Below are positions 36,070-48,046 of a stretch of DNA of 64,000 nt, in pieces. The notes under the pieces are model-generated. The model searched no databases. It was given only the letters and a program-made list of their open reading frames with translations, and was not told the origin of the DNA. The stretch is taken from the NCBI GenBank assembly GCA_010093995.1, contig ML992505.1, positions 932,273-996,272 of the forward strand. The letters are read 5' to 3'. The stretch comes from Elsinoe ampelina (taxonomy: Eukaryota). A program made the translations under genes and the position numbers. Every line of letters starts with the position of its first letter. The stretch's first letter is position 1.

Positions 36070-36793
36070 TCAAGAAAGAGTCGACATTGCGTATTTGGCC
36101 CCGGGAACGTGACTTCGACGCCCGGTCTTGGGATCGTAGATGTGGTATCCGTAATCTGCAGCATTTGGTGGTGTGTACACTATTGATGCAGTCAGCGACA
36201 GGTCGCGTTGTAGACTCGGGACCGACTCACAATGCAACGATACTGCAATCTCCTCTGGGCCTTCATTGTGGACCTCATGCAGACCAATCTGGTCGGAGAT
36301 GTGTGCGACCTCACCAGCACGGTAGTCCGTCTCTTTCTTCACACATAGCGAGCTCGGCGAGTCGACCGAGGGCTTCTCATAAATGGTCTCCTTCAAAGAA
36401 CCGTGGATGATCTTCATCACACAGTGTGAATCGGCATGGTCGTGGACTGGGGAGCCTTTCCTAGGATTCCAGACAATGAAGAGCTGGGTATGGTTGTCAG
36501 AAGCAGGTGCAGAGCATCACGAAGTGTCGACCTACCAGGTTACTCCGACCATTGATGCTATCGACGAGCAAACGAGTGTATGCTCTGCTAGGATCTGCCG
36601 GGCCAAAGTCCTCCCATTCGCCATGTCGAGGTTCGTACTCGTCCAGGAGTCCTTTCAGGGTATCGACATCTACATCGTTGGAGCTGATCCCGGAGTTGGG
36701 TCCCAGATAGTCTCTCAGCTTAGCCACCAGATTATCCAAAGAAGAAGGTTCGTGGATAGAATCCGCACGTTCTCGAATGCAAGTATCAGCCAT
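36070..36793 (-). CDS. CDO1: Cysteine dioxygenase type I, 3 exons
   Basis: YTRLLVD, WNPRKGSPVHDHADSHCVMK (iron-binding His pair and Cys), GLHEV, AVSLHLYTPP. Introns 36535..36484 and 36230..36180. Confidence 0.92.
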
Positions 36794-37364
36794 GTCGAAC
36801 AAGGATATTTTTTCTTGGTTTAGCTGCAAATCACGCAAGCGGTCACAAGGGTATATACGAGTAAGACCAGCGAGCAATTGTTTGTGTTATCATTTCGTGA
36901 TAGAGACTTAAATCTCGTGATAGGGCCCGGACCCATGTCGTCAAAACCTGTCCTGAACGGCGAAAGGGCCACATGCCCGGCCGGCCCTAGCCGTGAAACT
37001 TTCTGACCCTATGGATCGCATGTTTTGAAGGTGGGCGAACCGGTATGCAGGCCCCCCGGGCAGAGATGCAGGAGGTGGCGCCCTGAGCAGGTCATGCGGG
37101 ACCTGTCATCTTCGAGACAGGTACGGTTCTCATTTCCCCTACCGCAATGGTGGTGCCCGAGGTGCCCGTGTGTGATCTTGGTGATCGGAGGTGAATCAGG
37201 GGTGTTCGTCTTATCTGCTGGAGCGGTTTGCCGGGAGAACTTCGGAGGACGGGTTTGCCCCTCCAAAAGACATCATCGCCGACCTGGGAAAAGTTGCAAC
37301 CAGCGAACATAGCATAGCAAAGGAGACGCTGTATAGGACCACAGGCGGCTGAAACTTCATCAAG

Positions 37365-38831
37365 ATGGCGACTACAGTGGATAAGATCAAGGAGATCGAG
37401 ACCGAGGTCGGTATAGCACCCCGTGCGAGGCAGGGACGGAAATTGACAGTGTGCAGATGGCTCGGACTCAAAAGAACAAGGCCACATCCTACCATCTCGG
37501 TACGCATCTCGATAAGATTACAACTCATCAACCGACTCACATGCCATGCAGGTCAACTCAAAGCCAAACTCGCCAAGTTGAAAAAAGAACTCCTCACCCC
37601 TTCCTCCAGCGGCGGTGGCGGCGGCGTCGGCTTCGATGTCGCAAGAACCGGTGTGGCCAGTGTGTAAGTGGCATCATCCAACGGCTTATACCAAACCCGA
37701 CACTCACAATCTCCAGAGGCTTCATCGGGTTCCCGTCAGTGGGCAAATCGACGCTCATGAGCCGTCTGACTGGTCAACATTCTGAGGCTGCCGCTTACGA
37801 GTTCACAACGGTAGGGATGCATTATCAGATGAGCTTAGATTGCGACTGATAGCACGTCAGCTCACGACCGTTCCTGGTCAGGTGCAGTATAACGGGGCGA
37901 AGATTCAGATCTTGGATTTGCCTGGTATCATTCAGGGAGCAAAGGATGGTAAAGGTCGTGGTCGGCAGGTTATTGCCGTGGCCAAGACTTGTCATTTGAT
38001 CTTTATTGTGTTGGATGTCAACAAGCCGCTTACTGATAAGAGGATTATCGAGAATGAGCTCGAGGGGTTTGGGATCAGGATCAACAAGCAGCCGCCGAAC
38101 ATTACCTTCAAGAAGAAGGACAAAGGAGGACTAGCTATTACCAGCACTGTGCCGCTGACACACATTGACCATGATGTGAGTAGCACAGAACCTGTTTGGT
38201 AGCTTGGACTAATGTCGTCGTAGGAAATCAAGGCAGTCATGTCCGAGTACCGCATCTCGTCGGCGGACATTGCCATTCGGTGCGACGCGACCATCGACGA
38301 CCTGATCGACGTGATAGAAGCCAAGAGCCGAAGCTATATCCCCGTCATCTACGCCTTGAACAAGATCGACGCCATCTCAATCGAAGAGCTCGACCTGCTC
38401 TACCGTATCCCCAACGCTTGCCCCATCAGCTCCGAGCACGGCTGGAACATCGACGAGCTACTCGAGCAGATGTGGGAAAAGCTGAACCTTCGCCGGGTGT
38501 ACACAAAACCCAAAGGCAAGCTCCCAGACTACACAGCCCCTGTTGTGTTACGAGCCAATGCGTGCACGGTGGAGGATTTTGTGAGACCCATCCATGATTG
38601 TCGCGCGGTTCGGTGAGGCTGACTTGGTTCGATAGTGTAATTCTATTCACAAGACGATCGTGGAACAGTTCAGGGTGGCTATTGTCTACGGCAAATCTGT
38701 ACGACATCAACCGCAACGAGTCGGCCTGACACACGAGCTTGCCGACGAAGACATCAGTAAGTGACGAGCAGACGCAACATGTTTTGCATAGACGCTGACC
38801 GAGGTCCAAAGTCACCATCATCAAGCGATAG
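37365..38831 (+). CDS. RBG1: DRG-family ribosome-binding GTPase, 8 exons
   Basis: [39 protein letters not shown]1 [23 protein letters not shown]-terminal TGS domain ending ITIIKR. Seven short introns. Confidence 0.95.
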
Positions 38832-41666
38832 AGTTCGCATCCTTTACGGCGTTTTGGCGCCTGTGCATCGTCGTACAGCTGAATCGAGGGCAATTCGGCT
38901 CGCATTGTGCGATGGACCATTTTTGACAGCTCTCGGCGTTTATTTCGGTGGTACAGGATTCAGAAAACGAGGCAATGAATTGCCATGTCCGGTGGTCGAG
39001 GTGTCGAGGTCAGATGTCACAGGCACGCGACATGCGACGTTTCACTGCATGACGGCTTCCTGCATCTGCGAGAGGTCATGTGGGTGGGTTTGGCATCGGG
39101 TATCTCCGGCGTCAAGAGGGACGAATTCGTTCCCTTTGTTAACAAATGGCTCAGACAAAAGCCGAATCTATCCAGTCCATGTTCGTTTCGGATCGGGGAG
39201 ATGCAGCCTCGGTTGTGGGTCTTGCAGACGACACGTGAAGCATTCTGAAGGCGAAGGAGGGCAGTGAAATGGTCGGCAAGCTAGAGAGTCGGACTTGGGC
39301 ATCCCCACTCGATCAAGGCCGCCAGGTGGTCAGACGATGCGACGGGGTATGGTTCGCCAATGGATTTGGGTTGAAAGGAAGAGAGAGATTGTGTCGATTC
39401 CAACTTTGTCTCCACAGAGATGCTTTGAAGTGTACGAGGTGTTCTCCCACCGGAGCTGATTATCAATTACGTGGACCGAGTGACATGTCGAGTAGTAGCC
39501 TGCACTGCAAGCCATGGTATTTTTCATCAACGTATAGCACCCATGGATAATCCATTAGCCTAAGAAGCTATGTACTCCCAGTCGCACAAGTCCTGCCCTC
39601 GTCTTCATGGGGAAGTAATTACGGGTTGTAAAGACAAGCATTATTTTTTCGAATTAATCCGCACAGGGACCCATCGGAATTGATGATTGGCCAAGGCAGC
39701 AATGCATGCATGCACTTTACTTGCGGCAGCCACGTCTTCTGAGGTCAATCCAACCACGTCGGGCATAGACGCAGCGAGGCATGACGCAGTGCCTGGTAAC
39801 ATTGCAGTATGCAAGTGATCATGGACGGGAGATGATGGTGTAGCAGCAGAAGCGTCAGTCGGAGACGGGTCATGTCCGAAAGAGAGGTGGGGGCTGTGGG
39901 AGAAGGAGTTCCCAATTCTCCATGCGTACAGTGTCCAAATCACCATGCCGTGCATGCGTACCTGCTCGGATCTGTAATATAGATGCCTGTTTCGGCAAGG
40001 CCTGATGGGCAGATCGTCACGACGGATACTGCACCGGTCTTTGATCGAGGACAAGGAAGCATGATCGTCTTGGTCTTTGCTGAAACGCGAGAGGGATGCT
40101 TGTTGACTCTTTGGATGGCCCACAGAGCTGCCGCCCGGAGCAAATAAGATGTAGGGTCTCGAGAGTGTGCATGCCATTGGGCAAAGCCAAAATTGCGGAG
40201 AGGTCAGCCTGTTCGGCCGAGCTGCAGCCCGCTCCGCATCTTGAGAAAAGACCGTGACCCTTGCCTCGCACGACTTTTGGTCGCGAACATGCGAGTCCGT
40301 TTCGCATGGGCATGGGAATGGATGCCGGGCTGCAGCTTCAACCACATTGGCCCAATTGGAACAACCAGTGGTGCCTAATGAAAGCCACCGTCAATCTCAT
40401 GCAAGCCCGACGCCCACCTCGACCACCACATCTCGCGGCCTCCTCCTCACTCTACATTCCCGCGGGAGAATTGGCCAGACCTGTAAAAGCAAATGGCAGA
40501 CCTTGCCGGAGCTGGGCACCGAAGAGTTCATCAAAGCCACAACGCGAGTCGGACGAACGAATTGCGAATAGCTCCACCTTCTTCACCTCTATTTGCCCAT
40601 GGTCCGCAAATGGCCTGCTTTTTAGCAGCACCCAGTCCCTCGCCGAGCTTGCCCAAAATACCTCGATCTCACATGCACCTCTCGATGCGATGCCGGCTTT
40701 TCTCTTTTCTCGACAGCCCATGCAGAAGCCCTCGGCAAGAATAGCAGCATCCTGTCCTGCAGCCTTCCTGGCTCTGCTGTAGAGCTAGCTGCCTGTCTAC
40801 CCACAGGCTCTTCCAATATAGGGTTGGCTTCGTCCTTTCTACCCCAACTAATCCATACAACGTCGACTCAGGTAGGCCCAAGTGTGGCTGCCCGTCGTGA
40901 GTCCGTCGATGCTTGTCCCGGCCCTCTCCCTCTATCCTTCGTTCCTGGCATCCGACCTTCTTACCCTCCCACGCAGGAGACCGTGCCATTGTCGTTGGGA
41001 TCAGGAGGCGTCCATCGTCCCGCCTTTGTCCCTCTCCGTCGGGTCTCTCTGTGGTCGTGCCAGTCATCTCCTCAAAGCGTGGGCAATCTACCCAAGCGCT
41101 CGTGCTTGACCTTTCGATCTTGCCAAGTACGACTCTGTTTTGACCCCCCAGTCGGGACATACTTGTACTTGATCTCTTCCGGGGGTGGGCCATGATTCAC
41201 GACCTGCCAATTGCTCTACCGTTTCCTTCCGCAGCAGACTGCGAAGGGCCATTGCTCCGTCCAGTAGTAGGCCAGAACAGACTAAACCCATTCGCTGGCA
41301 GTCGAGGTCATTCCTCCATCCTTGCTCACGTTTACTATCCCCACGGCATCTGACTCTCCATCTTAGCATCCTGCTCAGCTGCACACGCAACAACACCCTT
41401 TCGTCATTTCACCTCTTGTGCAACCCGCTCTAAAGCGCGCCTACCCTGCTCGGATGTCGTGCCTCGCCTGTATCTTAACAGACCTGCATGTGCCTGACTG
41501 GTTGCCGCCCTCGAGCATCCGCCAGTCTACGCTATCTCAACGCCAGGAGTTCGTTCCAGCACATCACCACTGAACACCAACACCTGTGTACCACAACCGC
41601 GCCTCAACCTGGCTAATAGCAAACTCCCATCACCCGAGCAGCGCCGCATGTCGCTTACCATCGAGC

Positions 41667-43380
41667 ATGGAACATGGACGAGATTACCGCCGGAGTCAGT
41701 CGCACACGAGTCCCCCTTGGCCCGATCAGCACTTATATCCCCATTCACATCATGGTACGCCTGCGACAGAGTACTCGGATTACGGGTGGGGACAGCCCGC
41801 CATGCCCAACCCGACCATACCATATCCTTACCAGCCCGTTGATGCCCAATACCAGATCCCTTTTGAGCAGAGACTTGATCCTCCAGCAATGCCACAGTGG
41901 CCGAGCCAGCTCACAGGTGATCACTCGAGCATGTACAAGACCATGGGAGTGCCTGCCCAACCGACCATGTTGGGTAACGAAATGTTTCCCCAGGGAATCA
42001 TGGCCACGGCGAGTGCGGCTGCTACTTCGAGCACACCCAACCCGAGACGAACACTTACGGATGACGATAGGAGGGAGATGTGTGTCTTTGCAGAGGAGAA
42101 TCCGACTCTCAAGCAGATCGAGATAGGAGGTGAGTTGACCCTTCCAGTTGCTGATCCATGTTTGACATTGTCCTAGCACGCTTCAAGGTCGATAGAAGGT
42201 ATATGCCGCATAGCGAGATATCAGGAACGACTCTCTAACACGTCACAGTACCGTCTCGAAAGTGCTTCGGCAGAAAGAAAAGTACCTCGCGGGTCGATCT
42301 CAACGCAGACCTTCAATAGCAAAGCGAGAGAAATCTCATCGGAACGAAGTCGAGCTAGCTCTGCAGAACTGGGCGAAAAAACAACGAAAGCTCAAGATGC
42401 CGCTCACCGAGGACAGCATCCGTGCCAAAGCGCTGGGATTCTCGAACGCTGCAGGCGGAGGAGAAGCCAGCAACCCAGCCACAAATCCTGGATGGGTGTC
42501 CACTTTCAAGCGAAGCTATTCTTACTCTGGATCAAGTCGAAAACCATCAGTACCAGGAGACGAATCCGAGGCCATGAGCTACACAGGCTCAAACGGCTCC
42601 AGGTCCTCGTCAGTAGCACTCTCTCCAGCCGTGAGAAACCTACGAATGATCACCAGCAACGACGACCTCCGAAGCGGCCACGGCTCCGACAGCAACTCCT
42701 CCGCCCGAAGCCCCTCCCGAGGACCAAGCATGTCCCTCTCCTCCGCAATGAACCAAGACCAACCTCCCTTCCCCAACGACTTCTTCCAAGACTCGTCCCC
42801 CTTCTTCTCCACCCCTTCCTTCACCTCCCGCGCCCACCCCCGCCCCTCCAACAAACCCCTCCGCACCGCCCCCGACCGCCCCCGCCGCAGCACCTTCCCC
42901 CGAGGCGACCCCAACCCCTACGACCCCAACCCCTACGACCCCAAACCCCCCTCCTCAAGCACCACGCTCGACTCCCCAATGGACGACTACACCACCCTCC
43001 TCGAATCCCCAGAAGAGCAGCAATACTACCCTACCTTCCCCACCCCGCACCTCTCCCACGGGCCCGCCCCCGGCATAGAACCCGACACCGTCTCCCCGAC
43101 CGACACGATGAACCCGCCCGCCCTGCCGGCGAGCAAAACCGGCATCCCGTTACCGCCCGGCGCCCCTGAACCAGCGTGGTTCAAGGAGGTCGATGACGCG
43201 AGGAGGGAGCAGCGCAGACGCAAGGCGTCGCTGCCGAGTCGGGAGCAGGCGAGGGAGGGGTTCGAGACGGCCATGAAGTATTTGAGGAAACAGACGGGGG
43301 GGTTGGGGGGGAGTGAGGAGGCGAGGGTTTTGGAGGGGGTGCAGAGGAGGTTGATGAGGGGGGGTGGTGGGGGGGTGTGA
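41667..43380 (+). CDS. CENP-B-type tandem HTH DNA-binding protein without a DDE domain, 3 coding exons
   Basis: Spliced HTH TLTDDDRREMC...KQIEIGARFKVDRSTVSKVLRQKEKY, using introns 42130..42176 and 42199..42248. Second HTH ELALQNW...IRAKA...GWVSTFK, then a Ser/Pro-rich tail. The start codon is uncertain. Confidence 0.8.
42907..42943 (+). repeat. Coding tandem repeat GACCCCAACCCCTAC x2.5 (DPNPY)
   Basis: Read directly from the sequence; encodes DPNPYDPNPYDP. Confidence 0.85.
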
Positions 43381-43970
43381 GGTTGATTGCTCGCACCATC
43401 AACAGCTGGAGGGAACGGGGAGGATTTTCGGATTTGTACAGGTGTTTTTTTTTTGGGGGATCTTTCTCTTTTGTCGAGTCTGGATCTTCTTGGATCGTTC
43501 ATCGTACGGGCATAGCAGGATCTTTGCATGGGGTACTCTCACTCGTTGGAGCCGAGACATGGCGTAGGGAACCGGGTCGGGGAGGGAGTTGTAGGGAACG
43601 AAGGAGATAGACAACCATCGGACCAGATCCATCGTCGGCGTCCGTCAATGTGAGTGTACAGGCTACACTTACCTTGGCGCTGGGGATCGGGCAGACTGTA
43701 CATACTCGCGCAAGCGAAAAGTCCGGGAACGCAGACATCAGGGAGGAGTATGGCTTGGACCGCGAACGGGGAGAGTCTCTTTTGTAGCACGGACACGAGA
43801 GGATTCGCTTTGTCTGGTCTGCACGTGCGGTACACATAAGCTGGAAGCTGGACTTGGGGTTTCTCGACGATTGTTGATGTAGGGAAATCTAGCAGCTTCC
43901 GTTACCCTCTTCTCCAACCCCTCCATTCTTTTCCTTGCTCCTTGTGTGGTACCTACCCTCCCATCACATA

Positions 43971-46900
43971 CTACGATGATTCACTCCACATCATCTCAGG
44001 AAACACCCTACAAACCACCACCTCCACCACCCCAAAGAGGAAATGCTTATTACAATACCCCTCTCCAAGCAACCCCAACATCTCCTCCACGCGCTGCACC
44101 TCCCATTCTTCCCTCCCCAAACCGCCTCTTGTTGGGCCGAAATACAACCCCCTCACGGCCCCGGGGATCAGAGAGCGTATCTCCTCTGCGCAACGCCTTC
44201 TGATGGCTACGATCTCCTCCGGGGTGGTGGGAGGGGGTTTACCTGCTCCGAGGGCGTTGTTGGGGAAGAGGTTCGTGCGCAGGGTACGCAAGAGGGAGGG
44301 TAGGCGGGAAGGTGTGAAGAGGTGGGTTGTTAGGAGGTGGGAGAGGAGTCTGTTTGGGGTTGTCAGTGGTGAGGTCTCAAGGGTGAAACGAGCACTAGGT
44401 GAAATGGGTAAAGAGAGGCACAGAAGGGGCCGACGGTGATGCGGAGGCAGAGGGGTGAATGAGCGGTCTGTTTAGGTCATCTTCGATGACGCTTGTGCTT
44501 CTGGCGGTGAGGAGTCATGATGGCTGGGTGCCGTCTTGTCGTTCTTCTCTCCTGGCGGTGAAGCTATACTGGTACGCTTGCTATGCAGCTTGCCCCCGGT
44601 ATCGGAGCAGGAGAACCAGAGTTGATGTCGGTGAGGCCCGGAGTACGTCCCATGCTTTCGTCCTCGACCTCCCCACGCTTTGCGATACATAGACGCCGGC
44701 GGATTGACCTTTGGCATTGCTTTTCGCATTACGCAGAGCATCTTCACTATCGCGATGACGCGTGCTTGCGTGGGATGCAACCCGTGCAAAAGTAGCACGT
44801 GCATTGTTTATTGTGACGCTGACAACACAGCAGACATATGCACTGCCCTGGCCTGAATTGCTCAGGTGATGTTGCGACTTTCATGGTCGACTGGTCAGGA
44901 CGGCCTGGGCTCCCCTTGACGAGACGTGGACTATCGACTGGGATTGTTGCGATCCTAGCCCGATCATTCGTGCGATACCCTCGTCAATTTGGACAGCCAT
45001 CGGTCGTTGATTGGTCGATTGCGGCCCGATGCCGTCCAGCGACAGACGTCGGTCGTCCAGGTGGGGTGTACAAAAAGTCAAGTGACTTGTACACCATGCG
45101 CGGTTGGCTGCATTAGCGTCTTGCGCGGACAGAGGCATGGCAGCCTCGTTGCATCAGCCTCTGGTCGTGCATAAGGCAGGATTTGGGGGAAAGACGGTCC
45201 CGTGTATGCATGTGTGTGCAGGTTGCAGCATGGTGGCTCTGTCCATGCGGCCGGAAGAGTACATGCAAGGCCGGCGGCAGGAGGTGCGCAATGATTCGAA
45301 GCTCGGAATGGATGTGTGGGGAAAGCTGCAAGTCCAGTCATCGCTGATTCGTCCATGCGAATCAAATTTGGTCGAATAGAAGAGCCAATTTTCCGGATCT
45401 TTTCCGCGGGGAAGAGCCTTTGACTTGGTTGAAAATGAGAAGAAGCCTTGACCAGGACCGTGAACCACTCAGACTCCATCGGATGCAGGCTTTGCTCGCC
45501 TCGGATTGCCAGATGCACCGCTGGAGAGCCCAAACAACGACGTGCATATCAAGGAAGAAGAAAATACCATGCTCCAGTGGACTAGCAGGGTGTCGCTTCG
45601 CAAAACAGGCCTCGAGTACATAGGGACATGCTTGTGTAACAGCGGAAATGATGACAAGGATTCGCAATGGGAAAAAGTGGGAAATCGACGTACCTGTCCA
45701 ATCTCGCATCAACGCCGCCGACTTGACCAGGCCCGTGGACGGCATAGTGCTGTATCAAAGCGAGCGCCCCAGTGAGCCACGGCATGCTAGTACTGAGACC
45801 CAAGATCGTAAACGGCACGCGCCAGGCTGACATTCGAATGATCGGCGTTCGGGATGGCTTGGTTGCAGAATCCTGTACGACATCGCTTCTGCTCGACGCA
45901 TTCGGGTTGGGCGAACTGGTAAATGAAGAGGAGGGTGACCAAGTGACCGAATTGCCGCTTGACGTAGGCTCATGTTCCACACGGCGCGCAGGTAGGTATA
46001 CAGCGTCCGACAGAGCAATAAAGACAGCCCGGATGACTCCATGTATCAAGATACCGATGCGAAGCAATTCCCATCCTGCGTTGATGATCATGGCGTATAC
46101 GCTTCTTGCACGTTGTCTGGCCCGATCCGGTGCCCTGGTCGGTGCCTCCGCCGAGAGAAGACCAAATTGTTCTAGACGTGCTGCTTTCTTTGGATTAAGA
46201 TTGTCCGGAACAGCAGTCCCGTCGGTCCGCACTGCTTGGATCGCTTTGGTGATACCTTCCCACAGGAACCACCCTTCGCTGACCTTGCCGCCCAATACAT
46301 TGCCAATGATCATCTCTGAGAATATCTCGTTGACCAAGACTTTTAGACAAGGGTTCTGGAGATCTTCGGGGGGAAGTAGTAGCTCGAGGACGCCTTCGAT
46401 TAGTAGCTGTCGCCATGCCGCCTCGTTGCTTTGTTGTGCAACCACGGTTTCAGGGTCTGATTCTGTTGGGACTGGTGAAAGCGCCGGACGAGGGTGTAGC
46501 GAATGATAGACTGTCCGAGTATTGGCCCCTAGTAATGATGATGTCGGATCTTGGGATGAAGAGGTTGCGATTCGATATGCTTGAACGGCGTCAAAATAGA
46601 TTACAAGGATAGACTAGGATTCCCTTACCTTTGGCGTGTTGGTTCAATAGCTCTGGAATCTCATCAAGTAGTAACGCCTCCAAATCCACTCTTCGTAACC
46701 GCTGCTCGAATCCACGGGTGCAATGCGCAATGATCTGTACGATCTCATCGACGAATTCATGGTCGGGAGTGATCTTCGAATACCAGGTCTGCACGAATTG
46801 CTTGATGATGACGGCTATGATTCCGTAGAGCTGTAGATCGACCTCATTTGAACTGGTCAGAGGCGGAAGCAGCTCATCCAACGATTGCGAGTTGCTCAGG

Positions 46901-47115
46901 TCTGCTCCAGGCTTGAGATGTCCTCCACAAAGAGTCCTGCGGACAAAGGTGGCTGTTGCCGCATCGTTCCTTTCGTTCTCTGTCGCCTTTTTATCGTTTC
47001 GTCTAACGCGAACATCTCTGTCGCTCTGACTGTCATTGCCCCGAGTGGTCCTTGACGACGACTTTTGCCGTAGATGTGCTGGTCGCGCGGGACCTTTGAT
47101 GCCGAGTGCACTCAT
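43971..47115 (-). CDS. PXA-domain protein with a nexin C-terminal-like region, 3 exons (47115..46629, 46579..45694, 44349..43971)
   Basis: PXA motifs LLPPLTSSNEVDLQLY...WYSKITPD and LLPPEDLQNPC. The last exon ends YCNKHFLFGVVEVVVCRVFPEM. A 1344-nt intron (GTACGT at 45693; CTGAC...CAG at 44350) joins RLD-R-LLSHLL in frame. Confidence 0.85.
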
Positions 47116-47276
47116 CGCTGCACATGTTTGGCGTGACAATCGCAAGAGACACTCCTCGTCTTCACATGTCGAATCGCAATTTGAGATGCATGGTCCCTCC
47201 AGTGTTTTGAACAAGGCCAAGTTCCCGAGACATGATGGGAAATTAGGCTTTTGATGCCAAGCCCACACCATCAGCA

Positions 47277-47305
47277 CCACCTCTTCCACCTCTTCCACCT
47301 CTTCC
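47277..47305. repeat. (CCACCTCTT)x3 tandem repeat between the divergent PXA and MED10 starts
   Basis: Read directly: ccacctcttccacctcttccacctcttcc. Confidence 0.8.
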
Positions 47306-47333
47306 TTTCACATCACTCTTCAATATCATCAAA

Positions 47334-47805
47334 ATGGCCGAATCGACATTAGATGAAGTAGATGGCAAGTTCTTCATATGGAATACCCAATGTAATACCC
47401 TAACACTCCCCAGTCCAACTCAAAGAAGTCATCAACCGCCTCCACTTCCTCCTCATCCAAACCCACGACTACCACGGCCCCAACACCTCGCAATCCATGA
47501 TCGAAGAAATCCGCGGCCTGCTCAAATCCCTCGAATCGCTCGCCCAAAGAGCCCGCAGACTCCCCGTCGGTCTCCCCGCCGAAGTCATCAGCGACTTTGT
47601 CGAAAAGTCCCGCAACCCAGACATCTACACGCGCGAGTTCATCGAGCATGTCCAGAAGATGAACCAGCAGCTCAGTGGGCGGAGTCAGGCCTATGCGGAT
47701 TTTAGAGATGCGTTGGCGAGGGAGTTGGCCGGGGCGGTGCCGGAGTTGAGGGGGGAGGTGGCGAGGGTGGTGGAGAGTACGGGGGGGAGGTTGGGGGGTG
47801 TTTGA
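47334..47805 (+). CDS. MED10: Mediator subunit 10, 2 exons with a GC-AG intron
   Basis: LPAEVISDFVEKSRNPDIYTREFIE motif. Intron 47365..47413 (GCAAGT...CTAAC...CAG) gives MAESTLDEVDVQLKEVI in frame. Confidence 0.88.
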
Positions 47806-48046
47806 CGTTGATGGTTGTGGCATCGCGGGCAACGATATCCACGATGATTTCTTTGAAGGGTGCTCTGGGGCTGGGGATCAAGGTCGAGGCTAAATAGCAT
47901 GTTCTAGGCGTTTCCGGCAGGATCTTGAACACAGCGAGTACGGGAAGGTTCATTTCATCTATGATGCAGCAAATGGGTATCTGGCTACTTTGAACGCCAT
48001 CTAATGCGACCGTACCCGAGCCGTGCGTTCAATCATCCCTTCGTGA

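Noticed and set aside
44350..45693. C/D snoRNA cluster or TPP riboswitch as the explanation for the long intron
   Set aside because: No paired C box (RUGAUGA) and D box (CUGA) on the intron sense strand, and no TPP aptamer core was seen.
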